DNA from: a virus
Lineage: Duplodnaviria; Caudoviricetes
Direction: 5' to 3' (one strand)
DNA: 64,000 nucleotides
IMG/VR virus record: IMGVR_UViG_3300042451_000960
In this document: piece after piece, positions 53,381 through 63,431 of the stretch
Layout: each line of letters opens with the position of its first letter
Numbering within the stretch: position 1 is the stretch's first letter
Position numbers and translations under genes: made by a program
Notes under the pieces: generated by a model
Seen by the model: the letters and a program-made list of their open reading frames with translations, nothing else
What the model was told of the DNA's origin: nothing
The model's database searches: none

Positions 53381-55768
53381 TTAAAAAGTACTTAATTCTG
53401 CTTCCAAATCATCAAGTGCATCTTTTGCCGTTTCAAATCCAGCACTTCTAAGTACATAAGTTTTTGCCTTACCAGTACCATCATATGCTACTGCTTCATA
53501 AAATCCATATTGATTTGGCCCCTTTGTATATAAATCCAATGGAATTAACGGCGGACCTGCTACTAAATATTTCTTTTCAAACTTTCCTCTTACATCAGAT
53601 ATTGTTGCTGTTTTTGCTGCAGCTGTATTTTCTACTTTTGGAACTTCAGCAACTTTTTCAGATTGTGGTTGACCGGGTTGATTTACGTTTGTTTGTGGTG
53701 CGGGTTGTGGTTTTGGTTGTTCTAATGTTGGCTTTTCCGCTTCTTCATCTCTTGTTGAAATTCTTTCATCATTGTTTGCGGATGAATTTACATCTGCTGT
53801 TTTTTCTTGATTTGCTGTTTGTTGATTACTTTGAACAAGTTTAACATTTCCGCCAATTTTCTTAAATCCATACAATTCACCACCATATGTGTTACTTGCA
53901 CTTTCAACAAATTTAAGAGTTATATCAACAGTTATTACTCTAGGTAATTTAAATTCATTTAATTTTACATTTGTTTTTCCAAAAGTAAAATCATTTTTTG
54001 TTTTATCCACATTTCCGATTTCCCATCCGCCATTATCATCAACATTATATGAAAGAGATTCAATAAAACATTCTTTTTCAACATATAAACTACCTAATGT
54101 TAATTTTAAGAATGGTGGAATCATATAACCCTGATTATATGCTTGTGGATATGCTAATTCCGTAAGAAAATTAATTCTTTGCCAAGCTGCTATATGTTCT
54201 ACTGCATTTGTTGAATATACTAAGAAAGTAAATGTTACACTTCTTTCAATACCAGTGTAGTTATAATAGTTAAATGGTGAACCTAAAAATTTAGCAGTAT
54301 CCCAAGTTGGACTTACAGTTTCAGAAAGTCCAGTAATAGTTGCCATAAAATTTACTGTGTTTATTTTTCTTCCGCTTGTTACCGAAGTAAATTTTAATGG
54401 AATAAAATCATAATCATCCAATGTTGTATTATCCGATATTTGTAAAGTAGGTCCTTGATATGGAGTTTTTTCATTTAATAAATTTGATTTAGTATCAATT
54501 CTATATCTATTTGCTAATGATGTTTTATTTACACCACTATCAACTTTTTTAGAAAATTTTGTTTTTCCTTCTTTTCTTGGTAATAACTTATACTTTACAG
54601 GTTTTTTATCTTTTATCAACTTTTCATTTAAATCAATTGCAGATTCATATAAAGTTGATGCATCGTTTCTTGATTTTATTTCCGTATTTAATGCATCTAC
54701 TGTAGTACCATATTGTTTTAAATTATCGTACTTATTTTCTCTTATTGAATCACCATCCGAAGCTGCTTGCTGAGCTAATCTTTGTTGACCTTCTTTTCTA
54801 CCATCGGCAACACTTTTTTCATTTTCTTTCTTTAATGCCGATAAAGTATCTTTTGGTGATAATCCATCAGGTGCTTTAATATTTCCCAATGCCTTTTTAG
54901 CATCAGGCTTTGGTGGAGTTTTTAAAGACTCACCATTTTGCGAAGATGATTGATTTTTAGCTTTTGCTTCATCTCTCATTTTTAATAATGAAGATAAATC
55001 ATTTCTTTCACTTACAAAATCATCTTCTAACGCCGGTTGAACAGTATTTGAATATTTTGATGTACTATCATACTGAACTTCTCCTTCGGATTTTGATGCT
55101 AAGTTTTGTGCTCCTTGCTTTGGTGCTCCAAATAATTTTTTCTTAACTTCTTTTTTTAGTAAATCAATACCAGCACCTAAAACTTGGTTTCCTATTTGTT
55201 TAGGAGTTCCTTTTGCATTTTTTGCTAATAATTTTCCAACTAAATTACCAGCAGCATCTTTTTTAATTTCTGCCAAAGTAATCATTGTATCCGATTCTTT
55301 GCCTTTTATAAACTTATCATTAGCTTTAATTTTTGTAGGAATCATATTTTCAGGAAACTCAATACCTATCTTCTTTGCTAATTCTAAACCTTTTGATTTT
55401 GCTTTGTTAAATGCATTTCCTAATATACCAGCATTTCCACCATCAGTAGGATTAACCGAATCTTTCATCGTCTTAACCATATCCGTACTTTGTGTACTTA
55501 ATCTGAAAATATCCGTACCATAAATAATTGGTCCGCCCAACTTACTTATAATTCTTACACCAGTTACTTCTTCTTCTATTCTGGTTTCTTTAGTTCTTGC
55601 TGATAAATTTCTTCTCGCTATTTGTACTGCCTTAAATGGCAATCCCATAGCACCAGTTGCTGAACTCAATGGAAGTTCTTTTGAATTACGAATATCGTAT
55701 TTCTTTTCGGCAGTTTTACCATCTGCCAATACTTTCGTCTTAAATAATTCTTCTATCGTCCTTGCCAT
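53381..55768 (-). CDS. Baseplate / tube-initiator protein (gp48/gp54-like domain within a large protein)
   Basis: FMATITGLSETVSPTW...GSPFNYYNYTGIERSVTFTF...PPFLKLTLGSLY domain; position between tape measure and LysM gene. Confidence 0.55.
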   Translation of the reverse strand: MARTIEELFKTKVLADGKTAEKKYDIRNSKELPLSSATGAMGLPFKAVQIARRNLSARTKETRIEEEVTGVRIISKLGGPIIYGTDIFRLSTQSTDMVKTMKDSVNPTDGGNAGILGNAFNKAKSKGLELAKKIGIEFPENMIPTKIKANDKFIKGKESDTMITLAEIKKDAAGNLVGKLLAKNAKGTPKQIGNQVLGAGIDLLKKEVKKKLFGAPKQGAQNLASKSEGEVQYDSTSKYSNTVQPALEDDFVSERNDLSSLLKMRDEAKAKNQSSSQNGESLKTPPKPDAKKALGNIKAPDGLSPKDTLSALKKENEKSVADGRKEGQQRLAQQAASDGDSIRENKYDNLKQYGTTVDALNTEIKSRNDASTLYESAIDLNEKLIKDKKPVKYKLLPRKEGKTKFSKKVDSGVNKTSLANRYRIDTKSNLLNEKTPYQGPTLQISDNTTLDDYDFIPLKFTSVTSGRKINTVNFMATITGLSETVSPTWDTAKFLGSPFNYYNYTGIERSVTFTFLVYSTNAVEHIAAWQRINFLTELAYPQAYNQGYMIPPFLKLTLGSLYVEKECFIESLSYNVDDNGGWEIGNVDKTKNDFTFGKTNVKLNEFKLPRVITVDITLKFVESASNTYGGELYGFKKIGGNVKLVQSNQQTANQEKTADVNSSANNDERISTRDEEAEKPTLEQPKPQPAPQTNVNQPGQPQSEKVAEVPKVENTAAAKTATISDVRGKFEKKYLVAGPPLIPLDLYTKGPNQYGFYEAVAYDGTGKAKTYVLRSAGFETAKDALDDLEAELSTF

Positions 55769-55771
55769 TTA

Positions 55772-58645
55772 TTATACTTTTGCATATGAGTTAGAACCTA
55801 TCTTATCTACTATACCAGAGATTCTAGAAGTAACTTTAACACCATCCATACTTACACCAATCTTACCAGCAACCAAATCCGCTCTTAATCCTTTTATCTC
55901 ACCAATCAATTCATCCATTTTTTCATCTTCTTTATCACCACCACCAAATCCTAAAGCACCAGCAGCAGCGCCTAATGCACCCAATCCCAATAATATTGGT
56001 AATGCTAATAATCCAGCACTAGCCAATGATAAAAGAGAAAATGCTAAAACACTAATAGCTCCAGCTAAACCAAATATAGGTTGGTAATCCATTGATACCA
56101 ATTGTGATATTTGGTCCATAACCATAGGTAAACTTGTACTTAATGCAACCATAGCCGATGATAACACCGTAAATGCAGCTCCTAATACAACTATACCAGG
56201 TGCTGATAAAGCCATAAGGAAAAATAATGGTGCCATTGCTGCCAAACTCATTAATGGAGATAAATCAACACCACCCAATTGTCCTACTGCAGTTACAAAA
56301 TTTGGTAAAGCCGCACTAAATAAAGCAAGAGCTCCACCCAATGCTGTCATACCTACCGCTGCCATTAACATAAATGGACTTACTAAACCAAATGTTGTTA
56401 ATGCCACCGCAAGACCTGCCATACCTAATCCAAATCTTATATATGGGGCATCAACAAATGCAACCATACCAGCTGAGAATCCTATTAGTGCCGGCCCTAA
56501 CATAGCTAAACCTTTAGCAACTTCTTGAGATGCCAATCCAAAAACATAAAATGCTCCTGCCGCTAATAACATAGCAGCGGCTCCAATTAATATCATAGGT
56601 CCTGCCAATCCTAATAATGCTGCCACACCACCCAATAGTGCCATAGCACCAATTCCAATAAATACATTTGGCCAGTTTACTTTATCACCAAATTCTTGTG
56701 TTGCTTTAGCAAATATCCAAAGTGCCCCAGCCATAATTGCTACAGCCGCTGCTCCTTTTATTAATGATGATGCATTTATCTTACCAAATGCACTTGCTTT
56801 TTCAGGGCCACCTGTTGGTATTTCGGGTTTTACTCCACCACCACCAACACCTGCCATCAATTTATCTTTTAATGCACCAACACCTTTTCCTAATTTAGAT
56901 TCACCAATAGCACCACCAAATGCTTTACTTGCTTCAAGTAATTTAGTTGGTGCTATCATAGAAACTAAATTCTTCAATACTTGAACTGTTCCTTTTGCCA
57001 TTCCACCAATAGATGTACCAACTGCACCCAATCCCATATTTAATTGACCGGCTGCTATAACCATACCACCCATACCTTTCAATGCACCACCCAATGGGCC
57101 TGTAACAAATCCAGTTAATGCTTCCGTTATTGTATTCCATTTTTCTTCAACTACACCAGTTCCTTCACTAAGTTTATCTTGGTTAGCTGCCATTTTTTGG
57201 AATTCACTAACTGATATTCCTAATAATTCTGCGGTTTTCTTTTTAGAAAAAATATCCATTTTATTGAATTCCTCTATCCCACCCAATTCATCTAATGTTG
57301 CTCCAACAGCTCCTGCAATATCTTCTTCATATGCCAATGCTCTTGCTTTATCCAAATTAAGGTTTCTACCAAGCATCGCACCTAATTCCAATTCATTTGT
57401 TATAGATGTTTCAAAATCTAAAAGGGAATCGGTAACTTTTGTCATCGAATCCATTTCTACACCTAACTTAGCTGCTGCTACAGCTGCTTGAGCTATATTC
57501 TTTCCACCATTTTTACCATATAAAGCAAATGCTTCAGTTGAGTTAGCAACATCTTTCATTACCTTACTAATAGGAACACCAGCTGCTTTAGCCATTGATT
57601 TGGTAGTTGCTGCCATATCCACAGCAGTATCTGCTGACATATTATTCAATCTAGCAAAACTACCAACAACATTTGCCGCCTCATCACCAGTAATACCCAT
57701 ATTATTGGCCATAAGGTTTGTATTCAATTGGGTTGCAAATGATACATCTTTTAATCCACCAAATTGTTGTGCCAATGATGCCGCAGTTTCTTCAGCATCT
57801 TCAAATATTAAACTTAACCCTAATGCTGAAAATTGTGCCGAATCTACGAACCCACCAAACTTTTTAATATTTGCACCAAGTTTATCAGCAGCCATTCCAG
57901 CTCCAAATAAAGAAGTACCAACAAACCCTCGCCATCCACTAAATAATTGTTTTGCTGTACCTACGATTCCTCTTAATGATTTTTTTATACCATCGTAGGC
58001 ATCTATTTGCGATTGTATTAATTCTTTTTGTTCTGCCGATATTGTAGCATATTGTTCAGCTATACTAAGATTTGCGTCTTGTTGTGAAACGATTCTTTCT
58101 AATGCTTCAGCTTGAGCTAGAGTTAATTCTCCCATTGCTCTCTGCTGTTTAATAGAATCTAATATTTCATTTTTTTGAGCTTCGTATTGTTCTCTTATTG
58201 AATTTTGTGCTTCTACATTATCAGGTCCACTTTCTGCTAATGATTGTTGTAATGCATTTAATTTACTTACATCAGAAAGTGTATCATTCATTATTTTTGC
58301 TTCACTTTCAGATGCACGATATTGTTTTATTCTATTAGTTAAGTCTTGCTCAGCTATTTTTAATGAACTTTTTTGAGAATTTACTAAAGATGAATAAACA
58401 CCACTTATTGAAGATAATTCGCCAACTTGTTTAGCAGTTTCAACATTTATTTGTTTAGAAATTTGAAGACTTGTTTTTTGGTCTGCTAATTTTTTCTTTT
58501 GTTTTGCTGTAAGACGTTCTACTGCTGCATCCACTCTTGTTAATTGGTCAAGCTCCCTTTCAGTAGCTTCACCAATATCTTTTTTAAGTTGAAGTTGCTC
58601 CTGTAATGCTTTTTGTTGACGTAAATAATCTGCTGATGTTGGCAT
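55772..58645 (-). CDS. Tape measure protein
   Basis: 957 aa; coiled-coil N-terminus and Ala/Gly-rich hydrophobic C-terminal repeats; canonical position. Confidence 0.8.
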   Translation of the reverse strand: MPTSADYLRQQKALQEQLQLKKDIGEATERELDQLTRVDAAVERLTAKQKKKLADQKTSLQISKQINVETAKQVGELSSISGVYSSLVNSQKSSLKIAEQDLTNRIKQYRASESEAKIMNDTLSDVSKLNALQQSLAESGPDNVEAQNSIREQYEAQKNEILDSIKQQRAMGELTLAQAEALERIVSQQDANLSIAEQYATISAEQKELIQSQIDAYDGIKKSLRGIVGTAKQLFSGWRGFVGTSLFGAGMAADKLGANIKKFGGFVDSAQFSALGLSLIFEDAEETAASLAQQFGGLKDVSFATQLNTNLMANNMGITGDEAANVVGSFARLNNMSADTAVDMAATTKSMAKAAGVPISKVMKDVANSTEAFALYGKNGGKNIAQAAVAAAKLGVEMDSMTKVTDSLLDFETSITNELELGAMLGRNLNLDKARALAYEEDIAGAVGATLDELGGIEEFNKMDIFSKKKTAELLGISVSEFQKMAANQDKLSEGTGVVEEKWNTITEALTGFVTGPLGGALKGMGGMVIAAGQLNMGLGAVGTSIGGMAKGTVQVLKNLVSMIAPTKLLEASKAFGGAIGESKLGKGVGALKDKLMAGVGGGGVKPEIPTGGPEKASAFGKINASSLIKGAAAVAIMAGALWIFAKATQEFGDKVNWPNVFIGIGAMALLGGVAALLGLAGPMILIGAAAMLLAAGAFYVFGLASQEVAKGLAMLGPALIGFSAGMVAFVDAPYIRFGLGMAGLAVALTTFGLVSPFMLMAAVGMTALGGALALFSAALPNFVTAVGQLGGVDLSPLMSLAAMAPLFFLMALSAPGIVVLGAAFTVLSSAMVALSTSLPMVMDQISQLVSMDYQPIFGLAGAISVLAFSLLSLASAGLLALPILLGLGALGAAAGALGFGGGDKEDEKMDELIGEIKGLRADLVAGKIGVSMDGVKVTSRISGIVDKIGSNSYAKV

Positions 58646-58650
58646 TTATA

Positions 58651-58857
58651 TTACAGCTTTTTTAATTGTTTACGGAATTCTTCTGATTCTTTTTTCATTC
58701 TCTCCATTCTCTTAACCACATCATCAGGTAATTTAGCTTTTTCAGCCTGCTTAATTATAGAATCAGCTGCTCCTTTTTTTAAACCATCAAAAAATGCGGT
58801 TATAAACTTATCAGTTGCATCAAGGATTCCTTCGTTTTGTATTTTTTTATTAGACAT
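58651..58857 (-). CDS. Small hypothetical protein
   Basis: ORF preceded by TATTTATA and GGGG; lies just upstream of the tape measure gene. Confidence 0.55.
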   Translation of the reverse strand: MSNKKIQNEGILDATDKFITAFFDGLKKGAADSIIKQAEKAKLPDDVVKRMERMKKESEEFRKQLKKL

Positions 58858-58893
58858 AGTTCCCCTATTTATATTCTATAAATATTGGCAAAT

Positions 58894-58926
58894 AAAAAAG
58901 TGAGGATATTAACGCATCCTCACTTT
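58894..58926 (-). terminator. Intrinsic terminator after the chaperone extension ORF
   Basis: AAAGTGAGGAT/ATCCTCACTTT inverted repeat plus a U-run. Confidence 0.65.
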
Positions 58927-59127
58927 AGGTGTTTTCATTTTAGATTGGGCCTGTTTGGCCTGTTCTGCTTCTTTTTTCTTAAATTCAACTAACTTATTGA
59001 AATAAAATTTACGAAGGTAGGTTGGCATAAAATAAACTTCTGACCAAGTAAATCCATTACCAAATTGAACCATTTCCCAAATTTGGTTATGAAGTTGAAT
59101 TTTATAATCAGACGGTAGGGTAAAAAA
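58909..59127 (-). CDS. Frameshift extension of the tail-assembly chaperone (G-T-like / gp51-like C-terminal domain)
   Basis: +1-frame ORF overlapping the chaperone end at TCC TTT TTT TAC; it has no plausible start (the track used TTG). Reads FFTLPSDYKIQLHNQIWEMV..WSEVYFMPTYLRKFY. Confidence 0.65.
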   Translation of the reverse strand, partial: FFTLPSDYKIQLHNQIWEMVQFGNGFTWSEVYFMPTYLRKFYFNKLVEFKKKEAEQAKQAQSKMKTPKVRMR

Positions 59128-59878
59128 AGGAAACCCCAAATGGGATGTCCAGCGCCTCCGTTTCGCCAGTAACCTCTGATGTAAAGTTGAATGTTAAATC
59201 TAAATCAGGTGAAATACTCTTTACATATGTTCTAAAAGCTTTTGTATCTCTTGCTAAAAATTCATTTGCAACCCATCTGTTTATATATCCTCTATCTTTG
59301 TTTCCATCAACGGATAAAATCATATATTTTAAACGAGTTGTTACATCAAACGCAGTAGAAGCGTTTTTATTTAATTTTTCTAATGCTTGAATTTCTTTTG
59401 TTATTTCTTGCTCATCACCATGATTTAATAACTTAAATTCCAATTGTTTTTTGGATGTTGGACAAATAAATTTATATTGGTTATTACCATTAAGTAAATC
59501 TTCATCAGTATCTTTGGTTTTAACTTTACCCAAATCAATTACTACTTTTTGCTTTTCCATTGAAAATGGGTCTACCATTTCAACTTCATAATCTGCACCA
59601 TATCCTAAAATACGTGTTGCTAAGAGTATTGCATTTTTGTCACCAATCAGTACATCATTCGGATTTACACCTGGTTCAACAAGAACCGATTCGAACAATT
59701 TATCTAATACTATACCTTTTTTAATAAGGTTTTGAGAAGCAAGAATATCTTCTTCTCTTGCGGTCATATACTTAATTTCCACTGTTCCCTTTCTAAGTGG
59801 ATGACCTTCTGGATATGCTAATCCTTTTGATGGAAGTTCAATTACTTCCGTAGGAAAATCAAATTTGTTTTCTGCCAT
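59108..59878 (-). CDS. Tail/baseplate assembly chaperone (T4 gp26-like)
   Basis: IELPSKG..YP, KYMTAREEDIL and C-terminal IPFGVSFFYP; lies between tube and tape measure genes. Confidence 0.75.
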   Translation of the reverse strand: MAENKFDFPTEVIELPSKGLAYPEGHPLRKGTVEIKYMTAREEDILASQNLIKKGIVLDKLFESVLVEPGVNPNDVLIGDKNAILLATRILGYGADYEVEMVDPFSMEKQKVVIDLGKVKTKDTDEDLLNGNNQYKFICPTSKKQLEFKLLNHGDEQEITKEIQALEKLNKNASTAFDVTTRLKYMILSVDGNKDRGYINRWVANEFLARDTKAFRTYVKSISPDLDLTFNFTSEVTGETEALDIPFGVSFFYPTV

Positions 59879-59931
59879 AACTAAAGTTGTTTTTGTATAT
59901 ATAAATACATTAATTCAAAAAAATTGAAAAT

Positions 59932-59961
59932 AAAAAAGGGATACTTTTTGGGTATCCCTTT
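59932..59961 (-). terminator. Intrinsic terminator after the tail tube gene
   Basis: AAAGGGATAC/GTATCCCTTT inverted repeat plus a U-run. Confidence 0.75.
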
Positions 59962-59982
59962 ATTTTTATAGTTTTTCTTAGA

Positions 59983-60471
59983 TTAGAATTCAAGAATTGC
60001 GTAATCGTAAGCCAATGTTAATTCAATAGTTGCAGGTTCGTTAGAATCAAATGCAACATCACCAAAGTTTGCAGATAAGATAAATGCACCTTTTAACTTC
60101 CACTGCTCAATCTTATCACCAACTGGTCCTAACATATAGAAATCTATATCTTTTTTATAGAAATCTGCGTATCCACGTCTACCAGTTACAGATTCGTGTC
60201 CTAAACGTACCCACTCCATTACCGCTTGTGCACCAGATGGTACAATTGGGTCATAAAGTGTAATGGTAATATCTTGCCACTCACCTTTTCCTTGCAATTT
60301 TCTTTTGATGTTGATGTGGTCTAATACAACAGGCTCAAATTGAATTGAAGGTCTTGCTGCTGCCTTTACCATATATGATGGAATATTGTCAATCTCCATC
60401 ACATAACGATTCTTCATCTTAGGTTCGAAGTTCGTATAGAACATCTTATCAAACTCTAGTATCTCTGCCAT
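59983..60471 (-). CDS. Tail tube protein (T4 gp19-like)
   Basis: EPKMKNRY, WQDITITLYDP, EWVR, YKKD and EQWKLKGAF; follows the sheath gene. Confidence 0.88.
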   Translation of the reverse strand: MAEILEFDKMFYTNFEPKMKNRYVMEIDNIPSYMVKAAARPSIQFEPVVLDHINIKRKLQGKGEWQDITITLYDPIVPSGAQAVMEWVRLGHESVTGRRGYADFYKKDIDFYMLGPVGDKIEQWKLKGAFILSANFGDVAFDSNEPATIELTLAYDYAILEF

Positions 60472-60524
60472 TTTATTTTCCTTTTATTTTATATTAATAA
60501 ATATCAGTTTGCTTCAAATTCATA

Positions 60525-62873
60525 TTAAGCGTTAAAAGATGCTCCAGTTGGAAGAATGTTGAAATCAATTACTATGAATTCTGCAGTCTTCGCCGGTTGT
60601 AGGAATATCTGTCCAGCTAATATGTTTCTATCAATTACATCAGGTGTGTTATTGGTTTCATCCATAACAACTCTGAATGCGTACAAACCTTGTCTTTGTT
60701 GAATTGCTTCTAAGTAAGGGTTTACAGTGTTTAAGAATCTAGCTCTTGTTGTAGAAGTATTTTGTTCGAATACTAAGAAACGAGATGTAGATGCTATAAA
60801 CTTCTTAACAGTGATAAGTAATCTTCTTACGTTGATTCTATCTAATGCTGAAGCCTTATCTTGCAATGTCTTTTGTCCGAATGCTACAATACCTTGCCCA
60901 GGGAATGCTGCTATTGGATTTACTTTGTTCTCATATAGAGTATCTCTTTCAGCGTGCGTTAATCTATTCAACACACTAACTGCTCCAGTGATACCACCTC
61001 TATTCAAACCAGCAGGTGCGAACCATTCTGCTGCCAATCTATCGTTTGCTGCGTAAACAGCCGGTAACAATACTGATGGTGGAACAGAGATTAATTTATT
61101 TGTATTTGTATCTACCGTCTTAACCCAAGGATAATAAGTACCTACATAGTTTGAATCTACTGAATTTGCTTGCTCAGTTGCTTCAGTTATTGTATCATCA
61201 ATTGCGTTGAAATCTGCAATATAGAAACAATCTTGTCTATCTTCAACCATATCAATTACATTTGTAGTAATTGCTGGGTGTAATCTTCTGATGATACCAG
61301 GTGTTACAACCATATTAATATCATACTCATCGGCGTTTGAAATTGCTGCAATTGCTTTGTTATAAGCTACCGAACCAGATGATGTTGAAGTAGAACAATT
61401 CAAACCTTGTGTATTTGCTGCTGCTATATTTGAACCTAAATTAACTGATAAAGTTGGATTTACACCATCAAAACCTCTTTGGAATCCTAACACAAATTGT
61501 CTCTTAACCATATCAGATGATGCCGAACCGGTCATTTGATAAGTTAATTGAGAATCGAATGCGAACAATACGTTTGCACCAGTACCAGCTCCATCAGGAA
61601 TTGGTTTAAGATAGTTTTTATTATCAACTGCTATATCAGCTGTTTCAAAATCAAAACCAGCATAATATACAGGAGATGATGATGTGTTATTTGCTGAACC
61701 AGTTTGGTAAACAACTGCAGGTACATAACCATCTTCAGTTGTGTTATTAGTTTTAATTGGATTTATATATGCTGCATGTCCGAATGGTGCTGCTGAGATT
61801 GGGAATGAACCTTGCTCAGATACTTCAACTCTAATATATTTTGATTTGTTAGAGTAATCACCATATTCAGTAATCTTTCCTGCAGTATCTACAGTGAAAT
61901 ATCTATCACCAATTCTCTTAGCGATATAGTTTGGAGATGCAGGGTCTAAGTTTACATTGTTATAAGTTTCAATTACACTCTTTCTCTTATCAGTATCACC
62001 AAATGAACGTACAGTTACAGTGAAAGTTGCGTAATCAGTTGAACCATCTTCACCAGCTGCCTTCACATTAGAAATACCAACTTTAAATTTAGTATTGTAT
62101 CCATTACCATGTCCAATTGTATGGAAACGGAAAAGGTCATATCTACTATCGTTTTGGTCTTTTTGAGATTTAACCCAAGGTGTAGATGCTACTTGTGCAT
62201 CATATGCAAAATCTTGCGTTGGTAGATTTAATTCACTTATTACAGAAATATTTGTACCATTATCACCAGAACCAGTAAAGTCTGCTGCTATATCACTAAA
62301 GTATGTATATGCATATGCCTTTTTAGCGCCAAAAGGAGATGTACCAAAAACATCAACAACATCAGCTGTAGATGTTTCTAAAATTGAACAAGAAATAGCT
62401 GCTTGTGCAGAAGAACCGGATTGAACTATACCATGTAATACAAAGTTTCCACTTCCATCTAAACTAGATGAAACGCTTGTAGATGCTACCGCAAATCCAA
62501 CACCTTCATCACCCGCTTGAGTTGAGTGAAGTGTTGCTACTAATTTTGGACCACTACCTTTAGTAGAACCAGATACCAAAATACCCAAAGGTGCCAATTG
62601 TTGGTATCCACCAACACCTGCTACCCTTACGATAGTTGCTGTTCCAGCTTCTCTTAAATAGTTTTCTACTGCATAATCAGTATAATATGTGCCATCAGGA
62701 GTTCCGAATATTTCGTTAAACTCTGAACGACTTCTCACAATAGTTGGAACAAATGCAGGTCCTTCTTTGAAAGGTCCTATAAATGCTGCTCCGATTTCAC
62801 CAATTCCTTGCGCTAAGAAGGATAGGTCATTTTCTCTTGTGAATACACCAGGTGATACAATTCTTTCTGCCAT
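60525..62873 (-). CDS. Tail sheath protein (T4 gp18-like)
   Basis: SPGVFTREND; WFAPAGLNRG, GQKTL, DRINVRRL, FEQN and KTAEFIVIDF. Confidence 0.95.
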   Translation of the reverse strand: MAERIVSPGVFTRENDLSFLAQGIGEIGAAFIGPFKEGPAFVPTIVRSRSEFNEIFGTPDGTYYTDYAVENYLREAGTATIVRVAGVGGYQQLAPLGILVSGSTKGSGPKLVATLHSTQAGDEGVGFAVASTSVSSSLDGSGNFVLHGIVQSGSSAQAAISCSILETSTADVVDVFGTSPFGAKKAYAYTYFSDIAADFTGSGDNGTNISVISELNLPTQDFAYDAQVASTPWVKSQKDQNDSRYDLFRFHTIGHGNGYNTKFKVGISNVKAAGEDGSTDYATFTVTVRSFGDTDKRKSVIETYNNVNLDPASPNYIAKRIGDRYFTVDTAGKITEYGDYSNKSKYIRVEVSEQGSFPISAAPFGHAAYINPIKTNNTTEDGYVPAVVYQTGSANNTSSSPVYYAGFDFETADIAVDNKNYLKPIPDGAGTGANVLFAFDSQLTYQMTGSASSDMVKRQFVLGFQRGFDGVNPTLSVNLGSNIAAANTQGLNCSTSTSSGSVAYNKAIAAISNADEYDINMVVTPGIIRRLHPAITTNVIDMVEDRQDCFYIADFNAIDDTITEATEQANSVDSNYVGTYYPWVKTVDTNTNKLISVPPSVLLPAVYAANDRLAAEWFAPAGLNRGGITGAVSVLNRLTHAERDTLYENKVNPIAAFPGQGIVAFGQKTLQDKASALDRINVRRLLITVKKFIASTSRFLVFEQNTSTTRARFLNTVNPYLEAIQQRQGLYAFRVVMDETNNTPDVIDRNILAGQIFLQPAKTAEFIVIDFNILPTGASFNA

Positions 62874-63015
62874 TTTATTTCTCCGATTTGTTATTTAATG
62901 TGTTGTTTTGGTTATAATACCAAATTACCTATATAAATATAAAGAAAATGTTCAAAACACAAATCTATTATTAAATCCATGCTTTGAACATTTACTATTA
63001 AAATATCTAATAAAT

Positions 63016-63393
63016 TTATGGTGTTGGTGTTCCAGAACCCGATGGAGTCCAAGGGAAATTCATATAATCAACAGTAGATACTTGGAATTTTGTATCATTT
63101 ATTTGTTTTTGGATTTGTCCTTCTATGTGGGGCCAATAAGAATTTACTGCCGATTCACTTACTGAATACTTTATCCAATTTAATACTATTTCCTCATTCA
63201 ATTGACTATATGGTACAAATTCGTCAGGATTTATTTCATCTGCTCTAAAAGGTGTTGCTCCAGAAAAAGTACCTGTTACGCCATCTTCATCTGTAGCTGT
63301 TACTGCCCATGTAGTTCCAAAAATAATGTTATCGTAACTACCCGAGTTCATTTTTCTTAAACTCTTTAATTCCCATGTATATGTGTTTGCCAT
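63016..63393 (-). CDS. Tail-fibre-associated small protein
   Basis: TYTWEL...FVPYSQLNEEIVLNWIK pattern, as seen in small proteins beside fibre genes. Confidence 0.5.
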   Translation of the reverse strand: MANTYTWELKSLRKMNSGSYDNIIFGTTWAVTATDEDGVTGTFSGATPFRADEINPDEFVPYSQLNEEIVLNWIKYSVSESAVNSYWPHIEGQIQKQINDTKFQVSTVDYMNFPWTPSGSGTPTP

Positions 63394-63431
63394 ACTAATA
63401 ATATTTTCTTTGTAAATAAATATAACTCATT

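Noticed and set aside
58990-59132. -1 frameshift alternative at the chaperone end
   Set aside because: There is no canonical X XXY YYZ heptamer in frame, and the -1 frame gives a short nondescript peptide while the +1 frame gives the coherent ORF.
536-63165. All plus-strand ORFs in the track (e.g. 27949..28209, 52032..52385, 57600..57998, 60727..61056)
   Set aside because: They are antisense shadows of well-supported minus-strand genes, with no recognisable motifs.
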